Source of the DNA: Candidatus Marinacidobacterium sp.
Lineage (GTDB): Bacteria > Acidobacteriota > Vicinamibacteria > Marinacidobacterales > Marinacidobacteraceae
Assembly: GCA_965220965.1 (NCBI GenBank)
Contig: OZ244852.1
Location: 704,001-768,000 of the forward strand
DNA: 64,000 nt
Direction: 5' to 3'
Both the position numbers and the translations under genes were made by a program. Each line of letters begins with the position of its first letter. The stretch's first letter is position 1. Shown here one piece after another: positions 49,109 through 58,631 of the stretch. The notes under the pieces are model-generated. The model saw nothing but the letters and a program-made list of their open reading frames with translations. It did not search any database and was not told where the DNA came from.

Positions 49109-51925
49109 CTAGAAGTAGACGCGGATGGCGAAACGGGCGATCCGCGGCGAGAGGTAGTTGGCGATCCGGTCGTAGTTCGCCCCGCTCGAGGTGTTGATCG
49201 CGGTGACGGTGTTCTGGTTCGTGATGTTGAAGAGGTTCAGCTCGGGCGAGATCCGGAACCGTCCGGTGCGGAAGTCGCGGAAGAGCGCGATGTCGAACGT
49301 CGTCACGTTGTCGAGCCGCTCGGTCCCGACCGGCACCGCGAGGATCGTGGCCCCGCCCTGGTTCAGCCCGCTCACGAAGAACGTGCGCCCGACCGGGGCG
49401 CCCGTCTGGTAGCGCATGACGCCGGAGGCCCGGAAGCCGTAGGGCGCGTGCCAGGTCCCGATGAGCTTCACCTGGTGGGTCCGGTCGTAGAACGACTTGC
49501 CCTGGGCGTTGACCTGCGAGTTCGGGTCCCCGAAGATGCCCGGGTTCGTGTTCTCCCACTGGCCGCCCCGGGTCCAGGTGTCGGTGTCGTTCCAGGTGTA
49601 GGAGAACAGCGCCTGCCAGTTGTTCGAGAAGCGCTTCTGGGTGATGAACTCCACCCCGGTGTAGCTCGTCTCGAACTTGTCCACGGTCGCGATCTGCGAT
49701 TCGTTGAGCCCCACGAATTCCGGACGCAGGTTGTAGACGGTGAGCATGCCTCCGTCGTCGGCGGTGCCGGCGGCGCCGTCCGGACCAGGATCCTGGACCT
49801 GCATCGCGTCGTAAGCCGAATCGGGCCGGGCGAGGTTCACGATGTCCGACTTGTCGTCGCTCGTGCGGCGGGTCAGCGTCGCCTGGACCCAGATGTCCCC
49901 GGCGAACTCGCGCTCGAGGCTCAGGGTCAACTCATCGGTGAACTCGTGCTTCAGGTTCGGCGAGATCGTGTTGACCGCCGCCGCCGCGCCGAACTGGTCG
50001 GAGAGCAGCGTGCCCTGCTCGCCGTCCTGGAACTGTCCGTCCCCGTTCAGGTCGGTCCACTCGTAGCTGTTCGTGAGCCCGCCGTTCTGGTTCACGAAGT
50101 TGGCGAAGCCGGTGGAGAACTGGTGGTAGTAGCGACCCCAGCTCGCCTTGAGGGCGCTCTGGCCGCCCTCCTCGAGCCCGATCACGACGCCGAGGCGCGG
50201 AGCGAAGCTCGACAGGTCGAGGATCCCGGTGCGCTCGGCGAACTGCCGCGGACACCCATCGGCCGCCCTGCACCAGGTGCCGTCGGGGCTGTTCTGCTCG
50301 GGCAGCCAGCCGTGGTAGCGGTCCCAGCGGAGCCCCAGCTTCAGCGTCAGGCGCCCTGACGTGATGATGTCGTCGATGTAGGCCGAGGTCTGGTCGAGCG
50401 TCTGGGCGTCGATCCTCGGGGTGTTCCGGAGCCACACCTGATCCGCCACTCCGTTGTTGAACCGAAGGAAGACGTCCCCGATCGCGGTCGTTTCGTTCCG
50501 GATCGGGTTGTGCGAGTACTCCACGCCGACCTTGAACTCGTGGTCGGCGTTCAGGAACTCCTCGGCGAAGTAGGTCAGATCGCTCTTGTAGGAGTAGCGC
50601 TTCCGCCGCCGCTCGACGTTGAAGTCGCGGGCGTTCAGGAAGACGCCGAGGCCCACGTCCTGTCCGGCCTGGAGACCGGCCGCCTGCGCCTCCTCCGAGT
50701 GGTAGGTCGGGAACCAGACGTTCAGGTGGGAGAAGCGGGTGTCCAGCAGCGCGTTCTGGCTCAGCGTCGAGGTCCAGTTCGCCTGGACGATGCGGAAGGT
50801 GTCGTCCTCGATCCAGGTCGCCTCCGGAGGCCGCGACTGGTCGAGGCCGCGCCGGGGCTTCCAGTAGGTCATCTCGTGCCACTCGAGGCTCAGCTTGTTG
50901 CTCTGGTTCAGGTCGGTGTCGCTCTTCAGCACGAACTGGCGCATGTCGGTGTCCTCGGTGACCGACTGGACGCCGGAGACGTAGCGGTGGACCCGCTCAT
51001 CCCGGAACGAGAAGTAGAACGTCGAGCGGTCGCGGATCACCGGGCCGCCGATCTGGCCGTTGAAGTCGCTCAGGTAGTCGAACTCCGACACCGTGCCGCC
51101 ACGCGACTCGAGGGCGTCCGAGAAGTTGTCGAACTGGGTCGCGTCGTTCTGATAGAAGGCCCCGACCGAACCGGCGAAGTCGTTTCCGCCGGTCTTCGTC
51201 ACCATGTTGAGGTAGAGCCCGGGAGCGTTCACCGACGCCGGGTGGGAGCCGGTCTCGACCTGCACTTCCTCGAAGGAGTCGTAGTCGTAGTAGTAGCCGC
51301 TCGCGCCGAGCGCCGCCGGGCAGGTGACGTTCACGCCGTTCAGGTAGTAGCTGTTCTGGCCCCACGAGGTGCCGCGGACCGAGAAGACCGCCTGGAGTCC
51401 GGTCTCGCTGCCGCCCACATCGAGGCGGTTCGTCGTGACGCCGGGCGCCTGGTGCTCGAGCAGCGACCACACGTCGCGCGCGCTCGGGACTTCCTCGAGG
51501 AGGCTCTCGTCGAAGGTCGCGCCGATGACCGTGCTCTTGGTGTCGAGGAGCGGCGACTCGCCGACGACCGTGACGGTCTCCTCGATCGTCGAGAGGCCGA
51601 GCTGGACATCGAGGCTGGTGGTGCGTCCGATGTCGACCCGGACGCCCTCGTTCACGCGGGTCTGGAACCCGCCGAGCTCGAACCGCAGGTCCACGACCCC
51701 GGGCGGGACCGCGAGGAAGCGGTAGGTCCCGGTGGAGCTGGTGACCGAGACCTCGGTCCCGAATTCCCCGGACATGGTCACGGACACGCCAGGCAGAACC
51801 TGGCCGGTGCCGTCCACGACCGTGCCCTCCATCGTGCCGGTGCGGGTCTGGGCCGCCGCCGGCGCCGCCGCAAGCGCGGTGGCGAAGAACGCGAGGAGAA
51901 GGCCTCGCAACCGGGTGTTCCTCAT
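49109..51925 (-). CDS. TonB-dependent receptor with N-terminal carboxypeptidase-regulatory-like domain
   Basis: Signal peptide; GTVVD.TG.VLPGVSVT; plug region NMVTKTGGN; LGLRWD; FNITN; C-terminal RVYF. Confidence 0.87.
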   Translation of the reverse strand: MRNTRLRGLLLAFFATALAAAPAAAQTRTGTMEGTVVDGTGQVLPGVSVTMSGEFGTEVSVTSSTGTYRFLAVPPGVVDLRFELGGFQTRVNEGVRVDIGRTTSLDVQLGLSTIEETVTVVGESPLLDTKSTVIGATFDESLLEEVPSARDVWSLLEHQAPGVTTNRLDVGGSETGLQAVFSVRGTSWGQNSYYLNGVNVTCPAALGASGYYYDYDSFEEVQVETGSHPASVNAPGLYLNMVTKTGGNDFAGSVGAFYQNDATQFDNFSDALESRGGTVSEFDYLSDFNGQIGGPVIRDRSTFYFSFRDERVHRYVSGVQSVTEDTDMRQFVLKSDTDLNQSNKLSLEWHEMTYWKPRRGLDQSRPPEATWIEDDTFRIVQANWTSTLSQNALLDTRFSHLNVWFPTYHSEEAQAAGLQAGQDVGLGVFLNARDFNVERRRKRYSYKSDLTYFAEEFLNADHEFKVGVEYSHNPIRNETTAIGDVFLRFNNGVADQVWLRNTPRIDAQTLDQTSAYIDDIITSGRLTLKLGLRWDRYHGWLPEQNSPDGTWCRAADGCPRQFAERTGILDLSSFAPRLGVVIGLEEGGQSALKASWGRYYHQFSTGFANFVNQNGGLTNSYEWTDLNGDGQFQDGEQGTLLSDQFGAAAAVNTISPNLKHEFTDELTLSLEREFAGDIWVQATLTRRTSDDKSDIVNLARPDSAYDAMQVQDPGPDGAAGTADDGGMLTVYNLRPEFVGLNESQIATVDKFETSYTGVEFITQKRFSNNWQALFSYTWNDTDTWTRGGQWENTNPGIFGDPNSQVNAQGKSFYDRTHQVKLIGTWHAPYGFRASGVMRYQTGAPVGRTFFVSGLNQGGATILAVPVGTERLDNVTTFDIALFRDFRTGRFRISPELNLFNITNQNTVTAINTSSGANYDRIANYLSPRIARFAIRVYF

Positions 51926-52061
51926 GGATCCCCCCTTGGAGAACTGGTCCGGACGGACTGGTGGATGCTGGCGACCCCCACGGAACTCGTAAAGGTCAAA
52001 ACCCGATACTGCGGGGCGCGAGGGCCGAAGTCAAGCGAGGCCCCGCCAAAGTCAGCGGGGG

Positions 52062-53264
52062 TCAACGGCCGCCGTGAGGGCAGGCGAAGAGCGCCTCCTG
52101 GGGCGCGGTCCACTCGCCCGAACCGTCGGCGTGCTGGATCAGCATCCGGCCCTCCCGGTACATGTCGAGGTCCAGGGTGAACTCCTTGGCGTTCGACTGG
52201 CGGCCGCTGTGGTCCCAGGCGGCCGGGATCGAGGGGTCGCGGAACCGGTAGGTTCCGGTGCGGCCGTATGCGATGCGGTTCGACCAGACATCCATCCCGG
52301 GGATGAGTCCGCTCAGGAACCCCTCGGCGTCGGTGGCGAGGGTGGTCTCCATCTCGAGGATGCCGGGGATCAGCGCCCGCCGGACCACCCAGCCGGGGCG
52401 GCGCTCCGTCGTGATCTCGACGGGAGTCCGGCGGATGGCGCGGTAGCGCTGCGGCGCCCCCGGGGCGAGGCTCCGGAAGATGCCCAGCACGGCCTCCCGG
52501 TGGGTTTCAGGGAGCTCCTCGTCGAGGTAGAGCGCGACCCAGGTCTCCGGTCCCAGGGTGACGAACTCGGTTCCGGCGAGGTCGAGGTCGCCGTAATGGC
52601 CCGCTTCGATCCGCGTCGCCGTCGTGGCGTGGCAGGGAGGGTGCGAGGGCGGGCCGTTCGAGCGACAGGGGCAGGGGGTGTCGCAGGGGCAGGCGGTGAA
52701 GGCGTGTCCGTGGATTTCCCACTCCGGGAAGTCCAACGCTGCGGGTTTTGGGGCCGTCTGGCCGACGGGAAGCCGCATCCCCTGGCCCCCCGCCGGGCGC
52801 AGAACGAACCGGACGCTCTCGGCGAACCGGATGGGCGTGGGTTCGCCGCCCGCCAGCGTGGGTTCGTAGGCCCACTGGCGCGCCGCGGACGCCGCCGCCT
52901 GCGCGAGGTCTTCCGCGCCGCGGAGCGGTCGGGCCTCGGCCACCCGACCCTCCCGGTCGAGCGTCAACTCGAGGATGACGAGCCCCTCCTCGCCCCGGGC
53001 GCGGGCGGTCTCCGGGAAGGCGGGCGGTTCGAAACGCACCCGCTCGGGCCGCCGGATGTCGCCCCCGACGGGCAGGATGTCGGCCTCGGGCGGGAGCTCC
53101 GCCACCTCGGGAGACTCCGCGACCGGTTCCGCGCTGCGCTCCTGCCCGCACGCCCCGCCCAGCATGAGGAGGATCGCCGGAAGGGCATAATGGCGGAGAC
53201 GGTCCGGCGCGCGCCGATGCGGCGATCCGCGCCGCGCCGGGACCGGAGACTGGTGAGACGGCAC
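52062..53264 (-). CDS. TonB C-terminal domain fused to a Cys-rich DUF1326-like domain, probable lipoprotein (start uncertain)
   Basis: LGGAC lipobox; P.FPETARARGEEGLVILELTLDREG.V...AARQWAYEP (TonB_C); then W..HG....CPCDTPCPC.......C...I..GHYGDLDL.G. Confidence 0.7.
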   Translation of the reverse strand: MPSHQSPVPARRGSPHRRAPDRLRHYALPAILLMLGGACGQERSAEPVAESPEVAELPPEADILPVGGDIRRPERVRFEPPAFPETARARGEEGLVILELTLDREGRVAEARPLRGAEDLAQAAASAARQWAYEPTLAGGEPTPIRFAESVRFVLRPAGGQGMRLPVGQTAPKPAALDFPEWEIHGHAFTACPCDTPCPCRSNGPPSHPPCHATTATRIEAGHYGDLDLAGTEFVTLGPETWVALYLDEELPETHREAVLGIFRSLAPGAPQRYRAIRRTPVEITTERRPGWVVRRALIPGILEMETTLATDAEGFLSGLIPGMDVWSNRIAYGRTGTYRFRDPSIPAAWDHSGRQSNAKEFTLDLDMYREGRMLIQHADGSGEWTAPQEALFACPHGGR

Positions 53265-53321
53265 GGGCGACGCGGCCGATTGTTGCGCATTGGAGGGGCC
53301 TGGGGAGCGACCCGACGGGTC

Positions 53322-54449
53322 GTGCGGCGAATGTCGCTCCTCGTCGCGCTCGCCGCCCCGGTTCCGGCCGGGGCCTCCTCCGTCCAGGCGCCGGCCGGTC
53401 CGGATCCCCGGGTGCGGGAGGCCGCCGCCCGGCTGGCGGCGGGGGAAAGGGACGCCGCCGAGGCGGCGCTCGCGGCCTTTCTGGGCGGGCGGGAGACGGA
53501 CCCGGCGGCGCGCCATCAGGCCGGGGTCGTCTGGCTGGTGGGCGGCTCGCCGGCCGACGCCGTCGCCCACTTCGAAGCGGCGCTCATCGCCGATCCCGGC
53601 TTCCTCGACGCCCGGCTCGCGCTCGGCCAGGCGCTCGCCCAGCTCGGCCGGGTGGAGGACGCGGTCCGCGAGCTCGACGCCGCGTCGGAGGCGGCGCCCG
53701 ACCGTTATGAGGGTCCCTATCTGGCCGCCGCCGCGCTGGACGCGGCCGACCGGGTCTCCGAAGCCGCCCCCCGGGCGCGGACCGCCGCGCGGAGGGCCCC
53801 GGCGAACCCCGGAGTGCGACGTTTCCTCGGGCGGATCCTCCTGCGGATCGAGCAGTGGCCCGAGGCGGAGGCCGAACTCATGGCGGCGCTGCGCCTCGGG
53901 TATCGCGAGGATCCCGCGATCTTCGCGGACCTCGGCGCCGCGCTCGTCGGCCAGGAGAAGCTGACCGCCGCCCGCGCCGCCTACGAGCAGCACCTCGCGC
54001 TCGCGCCTGACGATCCCGGGACGCTGCTGCAGCTCGGCTACCTCGACTGGCGGGCGGGCGATGCCGAAGCCTCCGAGGAGCGGCTGAACCGCGCGATTTT
54101 CCTCGATCCGGATCTCCGGCGGGCTCACCTGTTCCTTGGCCTCACCGCGCTCCGCCGTCTCGACCTCGACGGGGCCGAAGCCGCGTTCCGGCGCGCGCTC
54201 GAGCGGGGCGAGGACTTCCCGGAGGCCTGGTTCCACCTGGGGAAGATCGCGCTCCGCCGGGGCGATCCGGGGACGGCCGCGCAGATGCTGGAGGCCGCGG
54301 TGCGACACGACCCCGACTACCGGGAGGCGTACTATCAGCTCGCGTTCGCGCTGCGGCGGCTGGGGGACGGGGAAGGGGCCGACCGGGCGCTGGCGCGGTT
54401 CGAGGAACTCGATCCCGGGGCATCGCCGGGGAAGGAGGAGCAGCCATGA
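53322..54449 (+). CDS. TPR-repeat protein
   Basis: Consecutive TPRs (ARLALGQAL, AWFHLGKI, AYYQLAFAL); start uncertain (53283-53331). Confidence 0.78.
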   Translation: MRRMSLLVALAAPVPAGASSVQAPAGPDPRVREAAARLAAGERDAAEAALAAFLGGRETDPAARHQAGVVWLVGGSPADAVAHFEAALIADPGFLDARLALGQALAQLGRVEDAVRELDAASEAAPDRYEGPYLAAAALDAADRVSEAAPRARTAARRAPANPGVRRFLGRILLRIEQWPEAEAELMAALRLGYREDPAIFADLGAALVGQEKLTAARAAYEQHLALAPDDPGTLLQLGYLDWRAGDAEASEERLNRAIFLDPDLRRAHLFLGLTALRRLDLDGAEAAFRRALERGEDFPEAWFHLGKIALRRGDPGTAAQMLEAAVRHDPDYREAYYQLAFALRRLGDGEGADRALARFEELDPGASPGKEEQP

Positions 54450-55471
54450 CCCGGACCCGACGGAGACTGCTGGCTTTGGGAATGTTCGCCATCGCCGTGG
54501 CTTGCGCCGCCGCATTCGCTCAGCCGGCCCTGCACCAGCCGCCCCTCCACCAGCCAGTGGCCACCTTCTCCATCGTGGCCTACGACCCCGACACGCAGGA
54601 GATGGGCGTCGCGGTCCAGTCGAAGTACTTCTCGGTGGGCCACGTCGTGCCGTGGGGCGAAGCCGGGGTCGGCGTGGTCGCGACCCAGGCGAACGTGAAC
54701 GCCGGGTACGGGCTCGAGGGTCTGCGCCTGCTCCGCGAGGGCCTGAGCGCCGAAGCGGTCCGGGAGCGCCTGCTCGCCGAGGACACCTTCCCGGGGATCG
54801 AGGGACGCCAGTTCGCCGTCGTGGATGCGAATGGCGGCATCGCCGTCCACACCGGGCCGAGCGCCAACGCCTGGGCCGGGCACCGAGTCGGGGAGCACTA
54901 CTCGGCGCAGGGCAACATCCTCACCGGGCCCGAGGTCGTCGAAGCGATGGGCGACGCCTTCGAGGCGGCCGACGGTACGCTCGCCGAGCGGCTCCAGGCG
55001 GCGATGGTCGCGGGTCAGGAGGCGGGTGGCGACAGCCGCGGCCGGCAGTCAGCGGCCATGCTCGTGGTGGGCGAGGGGCTCGGCCGCAACATCAACAACG
55101 ACGTCGTCGCGCGGCTCCAGGTGGAGGACCACCCGAGGCCGATCCAGGAGCTGGGGCGGGTGCTGAACATCAACCTCTCGCTCACCGCGATGTCCCGCAG
55201 CCGGGAGCGGATGGGCGCCGGCGACGGGGAGGGGGCCATGCGCGAGGCCGAACGGGCCGCCGCGCTCTGGCCCGACGCCTCCGACGCCTGGCTCCATCTC
55301 GGGCTCCTCGCCTACTCGCTGGGCGACCGGGACCGCGCCCTCAGCGCCCTGCGGGAAGCCGCTTCGCGGAATGACCTGTTCCGGGGACAGCTCGAGTCCA
55401 CGCTGAGCTGGACCGGCCATCCGGGGCTCGACGAGGAGTTCCTCGCGGCGCTCTTCCCCGCAGGTTCCTGA
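54446..55471 (+). CDS. DUF1028 (Ntn-hydrolase-like) protein with C-terminal TPR
   Basis: TFSIVAYD, GVAVQS, GVVATQA, QGNIL.G, AGGDSRGRQSA, VEDHPRPI.EL; signal peptide. Confidence 0.85.
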   Translation: MTRTRRRLLALGMFAIAVACAAAFAQPALHQPPLHQPVATFSIVAYDPDTQEMGVAVQSKYFSVGHVVPWGEAGVGVVATQANVNAGYGLEGLRLLREGLSAEAVRERLLAEDTFPGIEGRQFAVVDANGGIAVHTGPSANAWAGHRVGEHYSAQGNILTGPEVVEAMGDAFEAADGTLAERLQAAMVAGQEAGGDSRGRQSAAMLVVGEGLGRNINNDVVARLQVEDHPRPIQELGRVLNINLSLTAMSRSRERMGAGDGEGAMREAERAAALWPDASDAWLHLGLLAYSLGDRDRALSALREAASRNDLFRGQLESTLSWTGHPGLDEEFLAALFPAGS

Positions 55472-55489
55472 GGCGGCCCCGACCGGGCG

Positions 55490-56455
55490 GTGAACACCAC
55501 GCGCCGGACGCTCGGGCGGGGCCTCGCCGCGCGGCTCCTCGCCGGGGGGGTGGCCCTGGCGCCCGCGACGGCCTCGGCCCAGAACCCCGAGGCGCTGCTC
55601 CGCGCCGGTCAGCGCTGGCTGGAGTCCGGGAACGCGGCGGCGGCCGTCGAGTCGTTCCGCCGGCTCGTCCGCCAGGCTCCCGAGGCGCGATCCTTCTACT
55701 ACCTTGGGGTTGCGCTGCTCGAAGCGGGTGACCCGGAAGAAGCGGTGGAGGCGCTCCGGCGGGCGCGGGAGCTGACGCCGGAACCGAACCCGGCGCTGGA
55801 TCTGTCCTTCGGGACCGCGCTGCTGCGGAGCGGCGACGCCGAAGGCGCCATCGAGGTTCTTGCGGCCGCCGCCCGCCGTCATCCCGGGTCCGCCCCGATC
55901 CTGCTCCAGCTCGGCTACGCCCACTACACCCGGCTCGAGGGCGAGGCCGCGCGCAGCGTCCTGCTGGAGGCGCGCGAGCGCGCGCCCGGCAACCCGGCGG
56001 CGCACTTCTACCTGGGCCTCGCGGAGGCGGCGCTCGGCGCCCTCGAACCGGCCGCGGAGTCCTTCGGCGAGGCGATCCGGCTGGAACCTCGCGAACCCGA
56101 GTTCCGGGTGGCGCTCGGGCGGACCCTCTCCCAGCTCGACCGGACCGACGAGGCGCGCGCGGCCTACCGGACCGCGCTCGAGCTTGCGCCGGAATCGGTG
56201 GCGGCGCGCGTCGGACTCGGGATCCTCGACCTCCGGGCGGGCGAGCCGCAAAAGGCGGTCACAGCGCTGGAGGCGGCGCTCGAGAGGGACCCCATCCACC
56301 GCCAGGCGCTCTACAACCTCGCGTCGGCGCTGGCGCTCCTCGGTCGCCACGAGGAGGCCGCTGCCGCCCGGCGACGCTTCGCCGAGGCCCCGGAGGAGGG
56401 GCAGGGCCCCGGCCGCTCGCTCTCCCGGACCCGCACCCGCCGGCCGCCCCGGTGA
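55490..56455 (+). CDS. Secreted TPR-repeat protein
   Basis: Signal ending ASA-Q; TPR helices YYLGVAL, AHFYLGLA, ALYNLASAL. Confidence 0.8.
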   Translation: MNTTRRTLGRGLAARLLAGGVALAPATASAQNPEALLRAGQRWLESGNAAAAVESFRRLVRQAPEARSFYYLGVALLEAGDPEEAVEALRRARELTPEPNPALDLSFGTALLRSGDAEGAIEVLAAAARRHPGSAPILLQLGYAHYTRLEGEAARSVLLEARERAPGNPAAHFYLGLAEAALGALEPAAESFGEAIRLEPREPEFRVALGRTLSQLDRTDEARAAYRTALELAPESVAARVGLGILDLRAGEPQKAVTALEAALERDPIHRQALYNLASALALLGRHEEAAAARRRFAEAPEEGQGPGRSLSRTRTRRPPR

Positions 56456-56542
56456 GAAGCCGTTCTGGCCGGGCGAGTCGTAATGGGAGTCACCCGGACT
56501 AGACTCGGCGCCGAGCGACCCAGGTCAGGAGAAAAGGCGCGG

Positions 56543-56818
56543 ATGGACGACTCTGGCCCGTTCCGGACATGGACCGTTGCGGAAGCCAGAGCGCGCCTCT
56601 CGGAGATCCTGCGCCTTGCGGAGGAGCAGGGACCGCAGCGCATCGGCATCCGCCGGTCTTTCGTCGTCGTCCCCGAACGCCTCTGGCGAGAAAAGACACC
56701 GGAGCGTGAGCCCCTCGGACGCTGGCTGATCGGGAACATGCCTCGCGGTGTGGACCTGGAGCCCTGCGAGCGAGTATCCGGGCGGGAGATCCCGTTCGCT
56801 CCGGAGCGCCAGCGATGA
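56543..56818 (+). CDS. Phd/YefM-like antitoxin (orphan)
   Basis: WTVAEARARLSEILRLAEEQGPQRI is the typical Phd N-terminal pattern. Confidence 0.75.
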   Translation: MDDSGPFRTWTVAEARARLSEILRLAEEQGPQRIGIRRSFVVVPERLWREKTPEREPLGRWLIGNMPRGVDLEPCERVSGREIPFAPERQR

Positions 56819-56868
56819 GAGGCGTCCTGCGAGACACCGGCGTGGTCTTCGGGGCGGCGCCCCGTTGA
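56815..56868 (+). pseudogene. Probable truncated VapC/PIN toxin remnant (17 codons)
   Basis: MRGVLRDTGVVFGAAPR* starts at an ATGA overlap with the antitoxin stop and resembles the PIN N-terminal xLLDTNVV strand. Confidence 0.45.
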
Positions 56869-58631
56869 CGGAGTCACGCGCCCTGGTCCCTGGAGCGGGA
56901 TCACCCCGCCGGACGGGCGCCCTCCGCCGGGTGGTCTGGAGCCTGGGAGGGCTTCTGGTGGCGGCATGGGCGGCCGGGAGCGAGTCCGGGTTCACCTTCG
57001 TGGATAGGACGGCCGCCTCCGGGATCGTCTTCCACCATGAGGACGGCGGGAGCGGTCGGCGCTACGTGGTCGAGATCGTGGGCGGCGGCGTGCTGGCGTT
57101 CGACTACGACATGGATGGCTGGCCCGATCTCTTCTTCGTGAACGGCCACCCGCTGCCTGGCGACCCGGGCGGGGCCACCGTGGGGAACCGGCTCTTCCGG
57201 AACCTCGGGGACGGGCGTTTCGCCGATGTCACCTCGGCGGCCGGCCTTCTCGACCCGCCGGACGCGCTTCGTTACGGGATGGGCGGCGCCGCCGGCGACC
57301 TCGACGGGGACGGGGACCCCGATCTGCTGATCACCCACTTCGGCGCCGAGCGGCTCTACTGGAACCAGGGCGACGGCACGTTCCGGGAGGCGGCTGGCGC
57401 GGCCGGGGCGAGCGACCCGGACTGGACGACGAGCGCCGCGCTCTTCGACGCCGACGGGGACGGCGACCTCGACATCTACGCGGCGAACTACCTCGAGTAC
57501 TCGCTGGCGACGCACCGGGACTGCGAGAGTCCGGTGCGGGGGCTTCTGGCCTACTGCCACCCGCAGGAGTACCCCGGCGTCGCCGACTCGTTCTTCGAGA
57601 ACCTGGGGGACCGCAGCTTCTCCGGCCGCCCGGTCCCCGGGTCGGAGGAGGGGAAGGGACTCGGGGTCGTCATCACCGACCTCGGAGGCGACGGCGCGCC
57701 GGATGTCCACGTGGCGAACGACACGACCCCCAACTTCCTCTTCCGGGTGACCCGGGGGCCCGAGGGTCTGGCGTTCTCGGAGGAGGGGCTCGCCGCCGGA
57801 ATCGCCTACAACGAAGAGGGATTGCCCGAGGCCGGGATGGGGACCGACTTCGGCGATGTGGACCGCGATGGCCGCATGGACATCATCGTGACCAACTTCG
57901 ACTTCGAGACGAACACGCTCTACCGCAATCTCGGCGGCGGGCTCTTCCTCGACGCCACCGCCGCCTTCGGGATCGGCGGGGAAAGCCTGGTGGAGCTCGG
58001 CTTCGGGTGCGACCTCGCCGACTTCGACAACGACGGCTGGCTCGATCTGGTGGTGGCCAACGGACACATCCTGGACAACATCCAGGAGATCCAGTCGAAC
58101 CTGCGCTTCGCCCAGCCGGGGCAGCTCTTCCGGAACCTCGGCGGGACGCTGGCGCGCCGGCCGGCGAACGAGGGGGATCTGGCCCGTCCCCGGGTGGGGC
58201 GGGGCCTGGCGACGCTCGACTACGACCGGGACGGGGACCTCGACATCGCGCTGGCCTCGAACCGGGGACCCGCCGAGCTGCTCGCGAACGAGGGCGGGTC
58301 GGCTTCGGGGGCTTCGCTCGGGCTGTGGCTGGCCGGGGTCTCGTCCAACCGCGACGGCGTCGGGGCGCTCGTCCGGGTGGAGACCGCGGACCTCGTCCAG
58401 ACCGGCGAGCGACGCGCCGGGAGCAGCTTCCTGGCGCGGAGCGAGGCGCCGGTCTGGTTCGGGCTGGGGGACGCCAGCGGGGCCCGCGAGGTCGTGGTGT
58501 CCTGGCCCTCCGGGACCGAGGATCGGCTCGGTCCGCTCCCCGCCGGGTTCCTCCACCTGGTGAAGGAAGGGCGGGGCGTCGTGGGCGCGACGGCGCTCGG
58601 GTCGGACGGCGACCCGGGCGGGGACCGGTGA
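56865..58631 (+). CDS. CRTAC1/ASPIC-UnbV family FG-GAP repeat protein 2
   Basis: DxDGDGDxD repeats, VHVAND, EAGMG, NRDGVGA, GSSFL...VWFGLG; TTG 56865 start inferred. Confidence 0.87.
   Translation: MTESRALVPGAGSPRRTGALRRVVWSLGGLLVAAWAAGSESGFTFVDRTAASGIVFHHEDGGSGRRYVVEIVGGGVLAFDYDMDGWPDLFFVNGHPLPGDPGGATVGNRLFRNLGDGRFADVTSAAGLLDPPDALRYGMGGAAGDLDGDGDPDLLITHFGAERLYWNQGDGTFREAAGAAGASDPDWTTSAALFDADGDGDLDIYAANYLEYSLATHRDCESPVRGLLAYCHPQEYPGVADSFFENLGDRSFSGRPVPGSEEGKGLGVVITDLGGDGAPDVHVANDTTPNFLFRVTRGPEGLAFSEEGLAAGIAYNEEGLPEAGMGTDFGDVDRDGRMDIIVTNFDFETNTLYRNLGGGLFLDATAAFGIGGESLVELGFGCDLADFDNDGWLDLVVANGHILDNIQEIQSNLRFAQPGQLFRNLGGTLARRPANEGDLARPRVGRGLATLDYDRDGDLDIALASNRGPAELLANEGGSASGASLGLWLAGVSSNRDGVGALVRVETADLVQTGERRAGSSFLARSEAPVWFGLGDASGAREVVVSWPSGTEDRLGPLPAGFLHLVKEGRGVVGATALGSDGDPGGDR

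Noticed and set aside
54521-54557. Short tandem repeat encoding QPALHQPPLHQP in the DUF1028 gene
   Set aside because: An imperfect 15-nt duplication in a post-signal linker with no evidence of function or phase variation.
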